Shown: positions 1-10,210 of the stretch, piece after piece
How the letters are laid out: every line of letters begins with the position of its first letter
Position numbering within the stretch: the stretch's first letter is position 1
Source of the DNA: Oscillospiraceae bacterium
Lineage (GTDB): Bacteria; Bacillota; Clostridia; Oscillospirales; CAG-272
Length of the DNA stretch: 64,000 nucleotides
Assembly (NCBI GenBank): GCA_015063545.1
Contig: SVTX01000005.1
Span: forward strand, 1,247-65,246
Direction of reading: 5' to 3'
Program-made: the position numbers and the translations under genes
Notes under the pieces: generated by a model
What the model saw: only the letters and a program-made list of their open reading frames with translations
Told to the model about the DNA's origin: nothing
The model's database searches: none

Positions 1-9
1 CTAAAGTCC

Positions 10-525
10 TTATTTGTCGGAGCTATCGGATGAAAAAAGGCTCTTGTATTCGGTTGAATTTGCGGATTTATTGATTTTTTCTTTCTTTTTGGAATCCTGT
101 TGCGCGGCAGAGGCAGTTTTATGACTGTTTTTCTTTTTAGTTGCAAGCGTTGCTGCGCGGCTTCTGAGAATGGCTGCTTTTACTGAGCAAACTGCAACGT
201 AGCAGATTGCAAAAAGAATCAGTCCAACTATTCGCGTAGTAAAGGGCTTTACAAATGGTAGAACTATACAGAAGAAAAATCCGCCCATGTAACACACGGC
301 GTGACATATCCCGCCTGATATCTTGCCAAATCCCGAATCAAATTTGAGCGCTGTGCCGACGGACATTATGTAAGAGCAAAGCAACAGCAACAAAAATTTA
401 GAAGGAACCATTGTAAGACCTGTATTTTCACTAAATTCAAATATGGTAAGTAATATTGCGCTGGTTACTGTATAGTATATAGCACCGAGAGAGATTATTT
501 TTTTAAGCATAGCATATCCTTTCAT
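10..525 (-). CDS. hypothetical multi-pass membrane protein with Lys/Ser-rich C-terminal tail
   Basis: 171-aa ORF with several hydrophobic segments (ISLGAIYYTVTSAILLTIF, LLLLLCSYIMSVGTAL, GGFFFCIVLPFV, GLILFAICYVAVC). No family recognised. Confidence 0.45.
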   Translation of the reverse strand: MKGYAMLKKIISLGAIYYTVTSAILLTIFEFSENTGLTMVPSKFLLLLLCSYIMSVGTALKFDSGFGKISGGICHAVCYMGGFFFCIVLPFVKPFTTRIVGLILFAICYVAVCSVKAAILRSRAATLATKKKNSHKTASAAQQDSKKKEKINKSANSTEYKSLFSSDSSDK

Positions 526-638
526 GGATAGAATTCTTTAACTTTATTTTAACATACACTTGGATTTTTTTCAATATAAAAATCATAAATTTTCAAAAAT
601 AAAAATGTATAAAAATTCATAAAAATATGCAAAATTTC

Positions 639-667
639 TTGACATGGGGGAACAAATGATATATAAT
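639..667 (+). promoter_or_regulatory. sigma-A type promoter upstream of nusB
   Basis: TTGACA (639-644), 17-nt spacer, TATAAT (662-667). Confidence 0.55.
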
Positions 668-732
668 TAAAATAGGTAGGTATTGCCGAATGGCAAGCAC
701 CGCAGATTTTTCCAGTGAGGAGAGAAGATAAA

Positions 733-1182
733 ATGTCTGAAATGTCAAGAAAAGAAGCGAGAAGAAACGTATTTACCCTTTTGTTTGAGACCGAATTCAA
801 AAAGGGTGAAGATCCGTGCTTGATATATGCTTCGGCTATAGAGGATAGAGAAATTCCCGATGATGAATATATGAGAGGCGTTTTCTTGGGAATATGCGAG
901 AAAAGCGCAGAGCTTGATTCAATCATAAGTAATTATGCAAAGGGCTGGCGCGCGGACAGACTTTCCAGAGTTTCAAGAAGTGTTATAAGACTTTCGGTTT
1001 ATGAGATACTTTATGCTGATATACCTGCGAATGTATCTGTAAGTGAGGCCGTTGAGCTTGCTAAAAAATACGGCGAGGACAAGTCGAGAGCATTTGTGAA
1101 CGGTGTTCTTGCCAGCATAGTCAGAGACGTAGAGGCAAAGGGTAAAGACGCGCTTATAGAGCTTGGCTCACAAAACAGCTGA
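733..1182 (+). CDS. nusB: transcription antitermination factor NusB
   Basis: MSRKEARRNVFTLLFE..., RLSRVSRSVIRLSVYEIL and FVNGVL blocks are typical of NusB. Start placed at ATG 733 behind GAGGAG rather than the upstream GTG 715. Confidence 0.9.
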   Translation: MSEMSRKEARRNVFTLLFETEFKKGEDPCLIYASAIEDREIPDDEYMRGVFLGICEKSAELDSIISNYAKGWRADRLSRVSRSVIRLSVYEILYADIPANVSVSEAVELAKKYGEDKSRAFVNGVLASIVRDVEAKGKDALIELGSQNS

Positions 1183-1183
1183 A

Positions 1184-2158
1184 ATGTCGGATAATAAATT
1201 GTTTATAGGCATTGATACAAGCAACTATACGACGTCCGTATCTTTGTGCGACAATAACGGAATAATAGTTGCGAATATCAAAAAGTTGCTTGACGTTGAA
1301 CACGGACAGCGAGGGCTCAGACAGAGTGACGCGCTGTTTTTGCACAACAAAAACATGCCCGAAATTATGTCAGAGTTACGATCGGTTTTGGAAAACGGAT
1401 ATCAAGACAGAAAAATCTGTGCAGTTGGATACTCTGCGTATCCCAGAGACTGTGAAGGCTCGTATATGCCATGCTTTTTGGCAGGACAAGCCGTTGCGGT
1501 ATCAATAGCTACGGCGGTGGGTTGTCCCGTGTATAAGTTTTCACATCAAGCCGGGCACGTGGCGGCGGCGCTGTATTCGTGCGGTGCAGAGGATGAGATA
1601 TCTACGTCATCAAAAGACGGAAGGTTTGCCGCCTTTCACGTTTCGGGAGGCACGACGGAGATACTTCTTGTCGACAATACCGACGGCAAAATGACCGTAG
1701 AGCAGATAGGCGGTACGCAGGACATAAATGCGGGGCAGGCGATCGATCGCGCTGGAGTTATGATGGGAATGAAGTTTCCTTGCGGCAGAGAAATGGAGAG
1801 CCTGTGCAGAGACGGTGTCAGCTTTTGTAAAACAGTGAAAACATGTGTTAACGGTCTTAGCTGTAATCTGTCAGGACTTGAAAATCAAGCCGCTAAGTTA
1901 TACGCAAAAAACAATGACAAGCGCGAAGTATGCGAATATGTCTTTGATTTTGTGGGCGCGACATTGCTTAAAATGACAAATAATTTGCGAGAGCAGTACG
2001 AAGATATTCCGGTGCTTTATGCGGGCGGAGTGATGAGCAACGGCAGAATAAAAGGCATTCTGTCGTCAAATAAAAACGTGTATTTTGCACAGCCGGAGTT
2101 TTCTTCGGATAATGCGGCGGGAATAGCAATTCTTTGTAAAAAGAAATACGAAAAATAA
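1184..2158 (+). CDS. TsaD/Kae1/Gcp-like (peptidase M22, ASKHA fold) family protein
   Basis: GIDTSNYTTSV, SHQAGHVAAA, FHVSGGTTEIL and AGGVMSN blocks resemble glycoprotease-family ATPase folds. ATG 1184 lies one nt after the nusB stop. Confidence 0.6.
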   Translation: MSDNKLFIGIDTSNYTTSVSLCDNNGIIVANIKKLLDVEHGQRGLRQSDALFLHNKNMPEIMSELRSVLENGYQDRKICAVGYSAYPRDCEGSYMPCFLAGQAVAVSIATAVGCPVYKFSHQAGHVAAALYSCGAEDEISTSSKDGRFAAFHVSGGTTEILLVDNTDGKMTVEQIGGTQDINAGQAIDRAGVMMGMKFPCGREMESLCRDGVSFCKTVKTCVNGLSCNLSGLENQAAKLYAKNNDKREVCEYVFDFVGATLLKMTNNLREQYEDIPVLYAGGVMSNGRIKGILSSNKNVYFAQPEFSSDNAAGIAILCKKKYEK

Positions 2159-2174
2159 CACAAGGAGGAGTGGC

Positions 2175-3386
2175 ATGGAAAGAGCCGGTGTATTTAGCGT
2201 TTCTCAGATAAATGAATATATAAAAATGCTTCTTGAATCCACTCCTGTTATGAGTGACTTGTGGGTGGTGGGTGAGATATCCAACTTCAAAAATCATTAT
2301 TCCACCGGACATTTGTATTTTTCTCTGAAGGACGAGGGTAGCATTATCAAATGTGTGATGTTCAGAGGAAACGCGCAGAAATTGAGATTTATTCCCGAAG
2401 ACGGCATGAAGGTGCTTTTGCACGGGAAAATATCAAGTTATGCTCCAAGGGGCGAATATCAGATATATGCGGATGACATGCAGCCCGATGGCATGGGGGC
2501 GCTGGCAAAAGCATTTGAACAGTTAAAACTGAAGCTGGGCGCTGAAGGCTTATTTGAACAAGATCATAAAAAGCCAATACCCAAAACTCCGCGCAGAGTA
2601 GGAGTTATCACTTCCGCATCCGGCGCAGCGATACATGATATTCTGAACGTGTCGGGAAGGCGCAGTCCGAGTGTGGAGATCGTGATATATCCTGCACAGG
2701 TACAAGGAGATACAGCTCCAAGAAGCCTTTGCGGAGGAATTAAATATTTTAATGAACGAAGTCCTGTAGACGTTATTATTATAGGACGCGGAGGCGGATC
2801 TATTGAAGACCTTTGGGCATTCAATGATGAAGCCTTGGCAAGGCTCATATATGAGTCGGAGATCCCGGTGGTTTCGGCGGTGGGACATGAAACAGATTTT
2901 ACAATATGTGATTTTGTAGCCGACATGAGAGCGCCCACACCGTCTGCGGCGGCAGAAATAGTTTTTCCCGATACTGTGGGACTGCTACAAAAGATCAGAC
3001 ACCTGTCGTCTGTGTCGGGTGTGATAATTCAAAAGAAACTCAATGCGTACAGATCCCAAGTATCTTTGCTTGAAAAACGCACGCAATTAAAGTCACCGGA
3101 GCATGTTCTCAATGAAAAAATGATGAGAGTGGCGGCACTTGGGGAAAGGCTTGAAGGATTGATACAGGCATCATGCGTGAAGAACAAAAACAAATTTGCG
3201 CTTTTGAATGCGAGATTGATTTCAGCCAATCCGCTTACATTGATGTCACGCGGGTATGCCGTGGTGCAAAAAGACGGAGGCGTAATAACCAAGGCTTCGC
3301 AACTGTCAGACGGTGACAGTATAAACATATTCTTTGCCGACGGAGACGTATCGGCAAAGGTAGAGAACATCCAGAAAGGAGAATAA
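2175..3386 (+). CDS. xseA: exodeoxyribonuclease VII large subunit
   Basis: N-terminal OB fold (VSQINEYIKMLLE...VVGEISNFK..SGHLYFSLKD), then GVITSASGAAIHDI and IIIGRGGGSIEDLWAFNDE. Followed by xseB. Confidence 0.9.
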   Translation: MERAGVFSVSQINEYIKMLLESTPVMSDLWVVGEISNFKNHYSTGHLYFSLKDEGSIIKCVMFRGNAQKLRFIPEDGMKVLLHGKISSYAPRGEYQIYADDMQPDGMGALAKAFEQLKLKLGAEGLFEQDHKKPIPKTPRRVGVITSASGAAIHDILNVSGRRSPSVEIVIYPAQVQGDTAPRSLCGGIKYFNERSPVDVIIIGRGGGSIEDLWAFNDEALARLIYESEIPVVSAVGHETDFTICDFVADMRAPTPSAAAEIVFPDTVGLLQKIRHLSSVSGVIIQKKLNAYRSQVSLLEKRTQLKSPEHVLNEKMMRVAALGERLEGLIQASCVKNKNKFALLNARLISANPLTLMSRGYAVVQKDGGVITKASQLSDGDSINIFFADGDVSAKVENIQKGE

Positions 3387-3390
3387 AACA

Positions 3391-3630
3391 ATGGCAGAAA
3401 AGAAAAAGACCTTTGAAGAAAATCTTTTGCGCCTTGAACAGATAGTAAGTGAGCTGGAGGACGACAGTCTTTCGCTCGAAAAATCACTCAAGCTTTATGA
3501 GGAGGGCGTCAAGCTCGCGGGTAAATGCTCTTTGGAGCTTGAAGGAGCAGAGCGCAAGATAAAGATGTTGCAAAGAACCGCTGACGGCGGCATTACAGAG
3601 GAGACTGTAGTCATAGAACAGGAATTATAA
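3391..3630 (+). CDS. xseB: exodeoxyribonuclease VII small subunit
   Basis: 79 aa; FEENLLRLEQIVSELE....SLEKSLKLYEEG is typical of XseB; sits directly after xseA. Confidence 0.9.
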   Translation: MAEKKKTFEENLLRLEQIVSELEDDSLSLEKSLKLYEEGVKLAGKCSLELEGAERKIKMLQRTADGGITEETVVIEQEL

Positions 3631-3634
3631 GGTT

Positions 3635-4522
3635 ATGTCAGAAGCAAAAAATATACTTTTGGAAAACGCAAAGCTCATCGAAGCGGAGCTTGATAAAAAA
3701 TATACGGATGAAAGCTCCATTACAGGCAGACTTTACGAGGCTCAGAGATATAGCTTGCTTGCGGGCGGCAAAAGAATTCGTCCTACGCTTGTTATTGAAA
3801 CTTGCAAGATGTTTGGCGGTGACGTGAATGCGGCGATTCCGTTTGCAATGGCAATTGAGATGATACACACGTATTCATTGATACATGACGATCTGCCTTG
3901 CATGGATAATGACGACCTCAGACGGGGAAAACCCACAAATCATAAGGTTTTTGGTGAGGCAATAGCAGTTTTGGCGGGAGACGGTCTTTTGACAGATGCG
4001 TTTTTGGAATGTGCCATGAATCCTTACGTGTCGGGAGATTGCGCGGCGGTGGCTGTTTCCATACTTTCGGCAGCGGCGGGAAGCTACGGAATGGTTCGCG
4101 GTCAGGCAATTGACATGTATGGAGAGAAGAACGAACTTACTCCTGAGGAACTCATCGAACTTCACATGGGCAAGACAGGGGCATTGATATGCGCGTCTGT
4201 CCAGCTTGGCGCTCTTGCGGCAGGTATATCTCCCGATGATCAGAAAATGAGGGATGTGACAACATTTGCCGAGCAGATAGGATTGGCATTCCAGGCAATA
4301 GATGACGTACTTGATGCAACGTCCACTTCGGATGCAATTGGAAAGAGTGTGGGCTCTGATAAAGAAAAAAACAAGACTACGTTTATGAATTTCTTTACTC
4401 CGGAGCAGGCAATAGCGTGCGCCGAGCAGTACACAAATTCCGCAATTGAGGCTATAAGTGCTTATGATAACAGTGAGCGACTTATAAACATCGCAAAATT
4501 TTTGTGTGAGAGAGATAAATAA
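3635..4522 (+). CDS. ispA: (2E,6E)-farnesyl diphosphate synthase / polyprenyl synthetase
   Basis: First and second Asp-rich motifs (LIHDDLPCMDNDDLRRGKPT; FQAIDDVLD). Conserved position after xseB. Confidence 0.85.
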   Translation: MSEAKNILLENAKLIEAELDKKYTDESSITGRLYEAQRYSLLAGGKRIRPTLVIETCKMFGGDVNAAIPFAMAIEMIHTYSLIHDDLPCMDNDDLRRGKPTNHKVFGEAIAVLAGDGLLTDAFLECAMNPYVSGDCAAVAVSILSAAAGSYGMVRGQAIDMYGEKNELTPEELIELHMGKTGALICASVQLGALAAGISPDDQKMRDVTTFAEQIGLAFQAIDDVLDATSTSDAIGKSVGSDKEKNKTTFMNFFTPEQAIACAEQYTNSAIEAISAYDNSERLINIAKFLCERDK

Positions 4523-4540
4523 AATCAAGGAAATCAATAT

Positions 4541-5329
4541 ATGATTAGAGTTGACGTATATTTGACGCAAAATGGCTTTTGCGAGAGCAGAAATAAAGCG
4601 GCAAAGCTCATAGAGCAAGGATTGATAAGCATAGATGGGCAGAATATATCCAAGGTGTCCGAGCATATAGATGAAATTTCCGAGCATGAAGTCATTATAA
4701 AAGAACACGACGGATTTGTTGGCAGAGGCGGATTGAAGCTTGAAGCCGCATTAGAGCGTTTTGATGTTGAGATAGCAAACTGTCGTTTTATTGATGTTGG
4801 AGCATCTACCGGGGGATTTACCCAGTGTTTATTGCAACACGGAGCAAAAAGCGTCGTCGCGGTTGATTCAGGCAAAGGTCAACTTCACAAAAGCCTTCTG
4901 GAAGATGACCGTGTGACGTCAGTAGAAGGTTTTAATGCAAGATATATCGATGCGGCAAAGTTTGGTATGTTTGACGGTGCGGTAATGGACGTATCGTTCA
5001 TATCACAGACGTTGATAATTCCGTCTCTTGCAGGGGTTCTGCATGACGGAGGGATATTTATCAGCCTTATCAAGCCACAATTTGAGGCGGGAAGAGCCGC
5101 AATAGGCAAAAACGGAATAGTCAAAAAAGCGTCAGACAGGGAAATGTCAATACTTCGGGTTTTGGAATGTGCCGGCGCTTGCGGATTCAGCCTTAAGGGT
5201 ATTATGCGCTCTCCTATACAGGGTGGCGACGGAAATGTGGAATTTCTGGCGTGTTTTATAAAAAGCAATGAGGGCACAGTATTGTCCGATCAAATAAAAA
5301 CAAGTATCAATCGGCTTTGCCGAGAGTGA
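4541..5329 (+). CDS. tlyA: TlyA-family rRNA 2'-O-methyltransferase
   Basis: S4-like N-terminus (RVDVYLTQNGFCESRNKAAKLIEQGLISIDGQ) plus an FtsJ-type SAM motif (IDVGASTGGFTQ). Confidence 0.85.
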   Translation: MIRVDVYLTQNGFCESRNKAAKLIEQGLISIDGQNISKVSEHIDEISEHEVIIKEHDGFVGRGGLKLEAALERFDVEIANCRFIDVGASTGGFTQCLLQHGAKSVVAVDSGKGQLHKSLLEDDRVTSVEGFNARYIDAAKFGMFDGAVMDVSFISQTLIIPSLAGVLHDGGIFISLIKPQFEAGRAAIGKNGIVKKASDREMSILRVLECAGACGFSLKGIMRSPIQGGDGNVEFLACFIKSNEGTVLSDQIKTSINRLCRE

Positions 5330-5335
5330 GGAATT

Positions 5336-6217
5336 ATGTCAAAAAGAATTGAAAAAGCAGCGCTTATAACAAATTTTAATATATACGACAAGGCCAAGAA
5401 CGCGCTTGAGGTTGCACGAAAGCTTGCCTCTTGCGGATGTGAGGTCATAACTTCGTTTTACAATAAAGATAAAATTGAGAAGATGGGCGCGGACGTAAAT
5501 ATTACGTATGTTTCAAACGATAAAATATACCGTGAATGCGATGCGGTCGTGGTTCTTGGAGGAGACGGTACTATTCTTGAATCCGCACGTCGATCTGCTC
5601 CGCTTAGAACCCCTATCATAGGAATAAATCTCGGTCGAATCGGCTATATGGCAGAGCTTGAAACGGGAGAGATAGACGCTCTTGAACGCGTGGTTAACGG
5701 AGATTATGAAATAGAAGAAAGATCCATGCTTTCCGTAGAAATAATCGCTGTGGACGGACACGTGCGCTCAAGCAACTATGCCCTCAATGATGCTGTTTTG
5801 TCAAACGGCTCTATTTCCAGAATAGTGGATCTTGAGCTTTCTGAGGGCGGTGTACTGATATCGTCATACCGTTCGGATGGCATCATAATAGCAACACCCA
5901 CAGGCTCAACAGCGTATTCCATGTCTGCGGGAGGCGCAGTGGTAGATCCGAGACTTTCGTGTATTTGTGTAACCCCCATTTGTCCCCACTCGCTTTCAGC
6001 TCGTCCGTTGGTTTTCCCCGACAGTGCTACAATAGCCATAAAGAATGTGTGCCAGCGTGAAAAAATGTTGTATCTCACGGTGGACGGCAGAGCTAATTTT
6101 GAACTTTTCAAGGGAGAGTCCGTACAGATAACGCGCTCACCGCTTACCACTCGCTTTATAAAACTTAATCAAAGTGGATTTTACATTAAGCTTCGTCAAA
6201 AAATGAATGAGAAATAA
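5336..6217 (+). CDS. nadK: NAD kinase
   Basis: GGDGT motif (VVLGGDGTILESAR), INLGRIGYM and ATPTGSTAYSMSAGG. Confidence 0.85.
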   Translation: MSKRIEKAALITNFNIYDKAKNALEVARKLASCGCEVITSFYNKDKIEKMGADVNITYVSNDKIYRECDAVVVLGGDGTILESARRSAPLRTPIIGINLGRIGYMAELETGEIDALERVVNGDYEIEERSMLSVEIIAVDGHVRSSNYALNDAVLSNGSISRIVDLELSEGGVLISSYRSDGIIIATPTGSTAYSMSAGGAVVDPRLSCICVTPICPHSLSARPLVFPDSATIAIKNVCQREKMLYLTVDGRANFELFKGESVQITRSPLTTRFIKLNQSGFYIKLRQKMNEK

Positions 6218-6229
6218 GAGGATAAGCAA

Positions 6230-6691
6230 GTGAAGAAAAACAGACACGTAAAAATATTGGAGCTGATTTCAAAGAATGAGATAGAGACTCAGGATGAGCT
6301 TTTGGATTATCTCAGAGAAGAAGGATTCGATGTAACACAGGCTACAATATCCAGAGATATACGCGAGCTTGAAATAGTTAAGATCACAACCAGCAAAGGC
6401 ACGTATAAATATACTTCCTCAAAGCGTCATCAAACGCAGCAAAGGAGCGCGGCAAGCCTTGCTGATACTCTTGTAGACTCGGTTCATTCTGTAAATTTCG
6501 CTCAGAATATCATAGTTATAAAGACTGCACCCGGACTTTCAAGTCCTATTGCGGTGGCTATAGATAATTTGCCTGAATCGAGGATACTTGGATGTGTTGC
6601 GGGTGACGATACAATAATCGTGATCACTACTGATACAGATGCCGCGTATGAAATAGGCAGAAACATGAAAATCTTGCTTTCGGGTAATTAA
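6230..6691 (+). CDS. argR: arginine repressor
   Basis: wHTH (TQDELLDYLREEGFDVTQATISRDIREL) and C-terminal oligomerisation/arginine-binding block (GCVAGDDTIIV). GTG start. Sits upstream of recN as in other Firmicutes. Confidence 0.85.
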   Translation: MKKNRHVKILELISKNEIETQDELLDYLREEGFDVTQATISRDIRELEIVKITTSKGTYKYTSSKRHQTQQRSAASLADTLVDSVHSVNFAQNIIVIKTAPGLSSPIAVAIDNLPESRILGCVAGDDTIIVITTDTDAAYEIGRNMKILLSGN

Positions 6692-6694
6692 GCC

Positions 6695-8368
6695 ATGCTC
6701 AGACACATACACATTGAAAATGTTGCCGTGGTAAAAGCGGCGGATATTGATTTTCATTACGGATTTTCTGTTTTGACCGGAGAGACTGGCGCGGGAAAGT
6801 CTGTGATAATAGACAGTGTAAAGCTTTTGACAGGCAAGAGGGTAAGCAGAGATCTTATCCGAACGGGCGAGGACTATGCATATTGCGAGGCGCTCTTTGA
6901 TGGAATTTGTCCCGAACATGAGGCTTATTTGAATGAGCTTGGCGTAGAGACGGACGACGGCGAGGTTCTTGTTTGCGTAAAGCTCGGAGCAGATGGAAAA
7001 ACTCTTTCAAAAATTAACGGAAAAACAGTCACGAAAACTACGCTCCGCGAGGTAGGACAGAGACTTATATCCATACACGGTCAAAAGGATTCAGATATGC
7101 TTACGGATGAGAAAAACTACGTAGGCCTTCTTGATTCTTACGCTGACACAGATGCGCTGAAAAGAGAATATTTTGAGATATATTCCGAAATTAAGTTGTT
7201 GCAAAAATCTCTCGATTCTCTTATTAAAGACGAAACGGAAATAGCCCTTGAAAAAGACATGCTGAGCTATCGCATAAAAGATATAGATGCGCTCAAGCTC
7301 AAGGTCGGCGAGGAAGAAGCGCTTTGCGATGAACTCAAGCGTCTTGAAAGTGCAGAAAGAATAAACAAGCATACGGCACTAACGTATAAGATATTGCATG
7401 GAGCGGATAACGGAGGTGTGTCGGGACTTTTGTCACGCGCGGCAAATTCTTTGTCGCAGATATCGGGAGTGTCGGCAGATGCGTCAGAGCTTTCCGAAAG
7501 GCTGAACGACATATCTTATGAGATAAGTGATATTGCTCACAGGGTAAAGGATATTGCTGTTGACACAGACGGTGATCCTACCGAAAGACTTGATAAAATT
7601 CAGGATAGACTTGAAAAAATAAGCAAGCTCAAGAAAAAATACGGTGACAGCATAGAAAAGGTACTCGAATTTAGAAACAACGCAGAGGCGAGACTTGAGG
7701 AACTTGAGGTGTCCGACGAAAAGTGTGACGAGTACAGGCTTAAAATAAGTCAAAAACGCGCAGAAGCTCAAAAAATAGCGCAAAAGCTTACGACGTTGAG
7801 AAAAAAAGCGGCAAAAGAAGTATCAGAGAGAGTGGAGCAGACGCTTGAATATCTTGATATGCCCAGCGTAAAATTTCAGATTTGCGTAACACCTGCCGAA
7901 GATCTTAATTCGACGGGTGCCGATGTTGTTAGCTTCTTTGTTGCAACAAACCCCGGAGAGCCCCCAAAGCCTATGGTTGAGATAGCATCGGGCGGAGAAC
8001 TGTCGAGAATAATGCTTTCGCTTCGTAGCGTGCTTAACCAAAAGGACAATGTCGGTTGCTCGATATACGATGAGATAGATACTGGAATTTCGGGTAAAAC
8101 GTCACGAAAGATAGGCATAAAGCTCAGAGAGGCAGCATGCGGCGGGCAGGTTATATGCGTAACTCATTCTGCGCAGATAGCAACTCTCGCTGACACACAT
8201 CTGCTTATTTCAAAGCTTGAAAAAGACGGACGTTCATTTACAACCGTTTGCGAGCTTGACGGTGAGCAAAGGGTAGATGAGGCGGCGAGAATACTCGGCG
8301 GCATAAACGTGACCGAAGCGCAAAAGCAGGCGGCAAGAGATATGATAGAGGAGAAAAATAATTTCTGA
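6695..8368 (+). CDS. recN: DNA repair protein RecN
   Basis: Walker A GETGAGKS, long coiled-coil middle, ASGGELSRIML signature and Walker B IYDEIDTG. Confidence 0.9.
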   Translation: MLRHIHIENVAVVKAADIDFHYGFSVLTGETGAGKSVIIDSVKLLTGKRVSRDLIRTGEDYAYCEALFDGICPEHEAYLNELGVETDDGEVLVCVKLGADGKTLSKINGKTVTKTTLREVGQRLISIHGQKDSDMLTDEKNYVGLLDSYADTDALKREYFEIYSEIKLLQKSLDSLIKDETEIALEKDMLSYRIKDIDALKLKVGEEEALCDELKRLESAERINKHTALTYKILHGADNGGVSGLLSRAANSLSQISGVSADASELSERLNDISYEISDIAHRVKDIAVDTDGDPTERLDKIQDRLEKISKLKKKYGDSIEKVLEFRNNAEARLEELEVSDEKCDEYRLKISQKRAEAQKIAQKLTTLRKKAAKEVSERVEQTLEYLDMPSVKFQICVTPAEDLNSTGADVVSFFVATNPGEPPKPMVEIASGGELSRIMLSLRSVLNQKDNVGCSIYDEIDTGISGKTSRKIGIKLREAACGGQVICVTHSAQIATLADTHLLISKLEKDGRSFTTVCELDGEQRVDEAARILGGINVTEAQKQAARDMIEEKNNF

Positions 8369-8452
8369 AATTGTAGCTTGCGCACTTGAATTTGTTTAAC
8401 ATATATGATATAATAATAAAGTTGTTTAAATTACAGAAAGGCAGTATAAAAA

Positions 8453-10186
8453 ATGCTTAAGATTAAAGCGTTGATAGCAGAGAAAATACATGAAAACGTG
8501 CTTTCAATAAACCCTGCGGCTGAAATAAGCGTTGAGGATATTGTGGGCATGCTTGAATATCCGCCCGACACAAGCATGGGAGACCTGGCATTCCCTTGCT
8601 TTAAGCTCTCCAAGGCACTTCGTAGAGCACCCGTACAGATTGCTGCACAGATAGCAGATAGTCTCACGCTTGATTGCATAAAGAGTGCGGAGGCGGTAAA
8701 CGGATACCTCAATATTAAAATTTCGGACGAGTATCTCGGAGAGAAGGTTCTTGCCGAAATACTTGAAAAGAAAGAAAATTACGGCAGACCCACGTTTGGC
8801 TGCGGCAAGACTGTAGTGCTTGACTATTCCTCGCCAAACGTAGCGAAGCCCTTCCATATAGGACACCTCGGCACGACAGTTATTGGACACTCGCTCAAGA
8901 AGCTCCACGAGTTTGCGGGATATAACTGTATAGGTATAAACTACCTCGGTGACTGGGGAACGCAGTTCGGTAAGCTTATCGTGGCTTACAGACTCTGGGG
9001 TGACAAGCAGCAGATAGAGGAGGGTGGAATTGACAAGCTCGTTGAGCTTTATGTTCGCATCAACAACACTATAAAGGGCGACGAGGAAAAAGGAATCCCC
9101 GCCCGCGACGACTTGGCTCAGCAGGCAAGAGACGAGTTCCGCAAGATGGAGGAGGGCGACGAGGAAAACATCGCACTCTGGAAGTGGTTCGTTGAGATAA
9201 GCCTCGCGGAATACGAAAAGACCTACAAGCAGCTTGACATTGAGTTTGATAGCTACAAGGGCGAGAGCTTCTATACGGACAAGATGCCCGCGCAAGTTCA
9301 AAAGCTTCGCGATATGGGGCTTATGAAGATAGACGACGGCGCGTCCATAGTTGACCTTGATGAGTACGGAATGCCTCCTTGCCTTATACTTAAGAGAGAC
9401 GGCTCAACGCTTTATCCCACGCGTGATATCGCGGCGGCATATTATCGAAAGCAGACATATAATTTTGATAAAGCTATATACGTAACAAGCAATCAGCAGA
9501 ATCTGCATTTTAAGCAGTGGTTCAAGGTTGTTGAGCTTATGGGGTACGATTGGTACGATCAGCTCGTTCACGTCCCCTACGGCACGGTGTCCCTCAACGG
9601 AGCAAAGCTTGCTACCCGTACAGGAAACGTCGTTCTTCTCCGAGACCTTTTCTCGCTTGCGATAGAGAAGGTGACTGCTATTATGGAGGAAAAGAACCCC
9701 GATCTCCGTGGCAGAGAGGACATAGCAGAGGCAGTCGGCGTTGGCGCGATAGTGTTCTACTATCTCTACAACAACAGAATAAAGGATATAAACTTCAACC
9801 TTGAGGAAGCCTTGAGCTTTGACGGCAACACGGGTCCGTACGTTCAGTACACATACGCGCGTACCTGCTCGGTGCTTGAGAAGGTAACCGAGTGCTACGG
9901 CGGCAAGGTGGTTATAAGCTGCGAGGAAGAATCTGCGCTGCTTAAAACCCTTTGTCAGTTTGAGGAGAAGGTCAATATCGCGATCAGAGATTACGAGCCT
10001 TCCGTTATCACGAGATTTATACTTGACGTTGCGACCGCATACAACAAGTTCTATCACGAGTGCAAAATACTTGGAGCAGAGGACGCAAGCATAAGAGGAA
10101 CGAGAATACTGCTCACAGAAGCCACCAAAAACGTTCTTGGTGCGGCGTTCTCACTCGTGTGCATGAAGAAAACAGAAAGAATTTAA
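8453..10186 (+). CDS. argS: arginine--tRNA ligase
   Basis: 577 aa; class I HIGH-type motif (SPNVAKPFHIGHLGT), GDWGTQFG block, DALR-type C-terminal anticodon-binding region. Confidence 0.9.
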   Translation: MLKIKALIAEKIHENVLSINPAAEISVEDIVGMLEYPPDTSMGDLAFPCFKLSKALRRAPVQIAAQIADSLTLDCIKSAEAVNGYLNIKISDEYLGEKVLAEILEKKENYGRPTFGCGKTVVLDYSSPNVAKPFHIGHLGTTVIGHSLKKLHEFAGYNCIGINYLGDWGTQFGKLIVAYRLWGDKQQIEEGGIDKLVELYVRINNTIKGDEEKGIPARDDLAQQARDEFRKMEEGDEENIALWKWFVEISLAEYEKTYKQLDIEFDSYKGESFYTDKMPAQVQKLRDMGLMKIDDGASIVDLDEYGMPPCLILKRDGSTLYPTRDIAAAYYRKQTYNFDKAIYVTSNQQNLHFKQWFKVVELMGYDWYDQLVHVPYGTVSLNGAKLATRTGNVVLLRDLFSLAIEKVTAIMEEKNPDLRGREDIAEAVGVGAIVFYYLYNNRIKDINFNLEEALSFDGNTGPYVQYTYARTCSVLEKVTECYGGKVVISCEEESALLKTLCQFEEKVNIAIRDYEPSVITRFILDVATAYNKFYHECKILGAEDASIRGTRILLTEATKNVLGAAFSLVCMKKTERI

Positions 10187-10210
10187 TTTAAATCAGAGAG
10201 GATTTTAGAT

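Noticed and set aside
8369-8452. T-box or other leader upstream of argS.
   Set aside because: Only about 84 nt are available. Most of that is taken by a TTGAAT-17-TATAAT promoter and the RBS, which is too short for a T-box.
8504-9301. Long antisense ORFs opposite conserved genes: 8504-9301 and 9404-10057 (argS), 10214-10921 (yebC), 14431-15177 (rplU-prp), 17138-17779 and 17945-18718 (guaB), 3875-4708 (ispA/tlyA), 42202-42987, 44166-45137 and 46388-47365 (aminotransferase, paaK, iorA).
   Set aside because: Each lies fully opposite a gene with unmistakable family motifs. The translations are low-complexity or Cys/Arg-rich with no recognisable motifs or RBS. They are typical open antisense frames, not genes.
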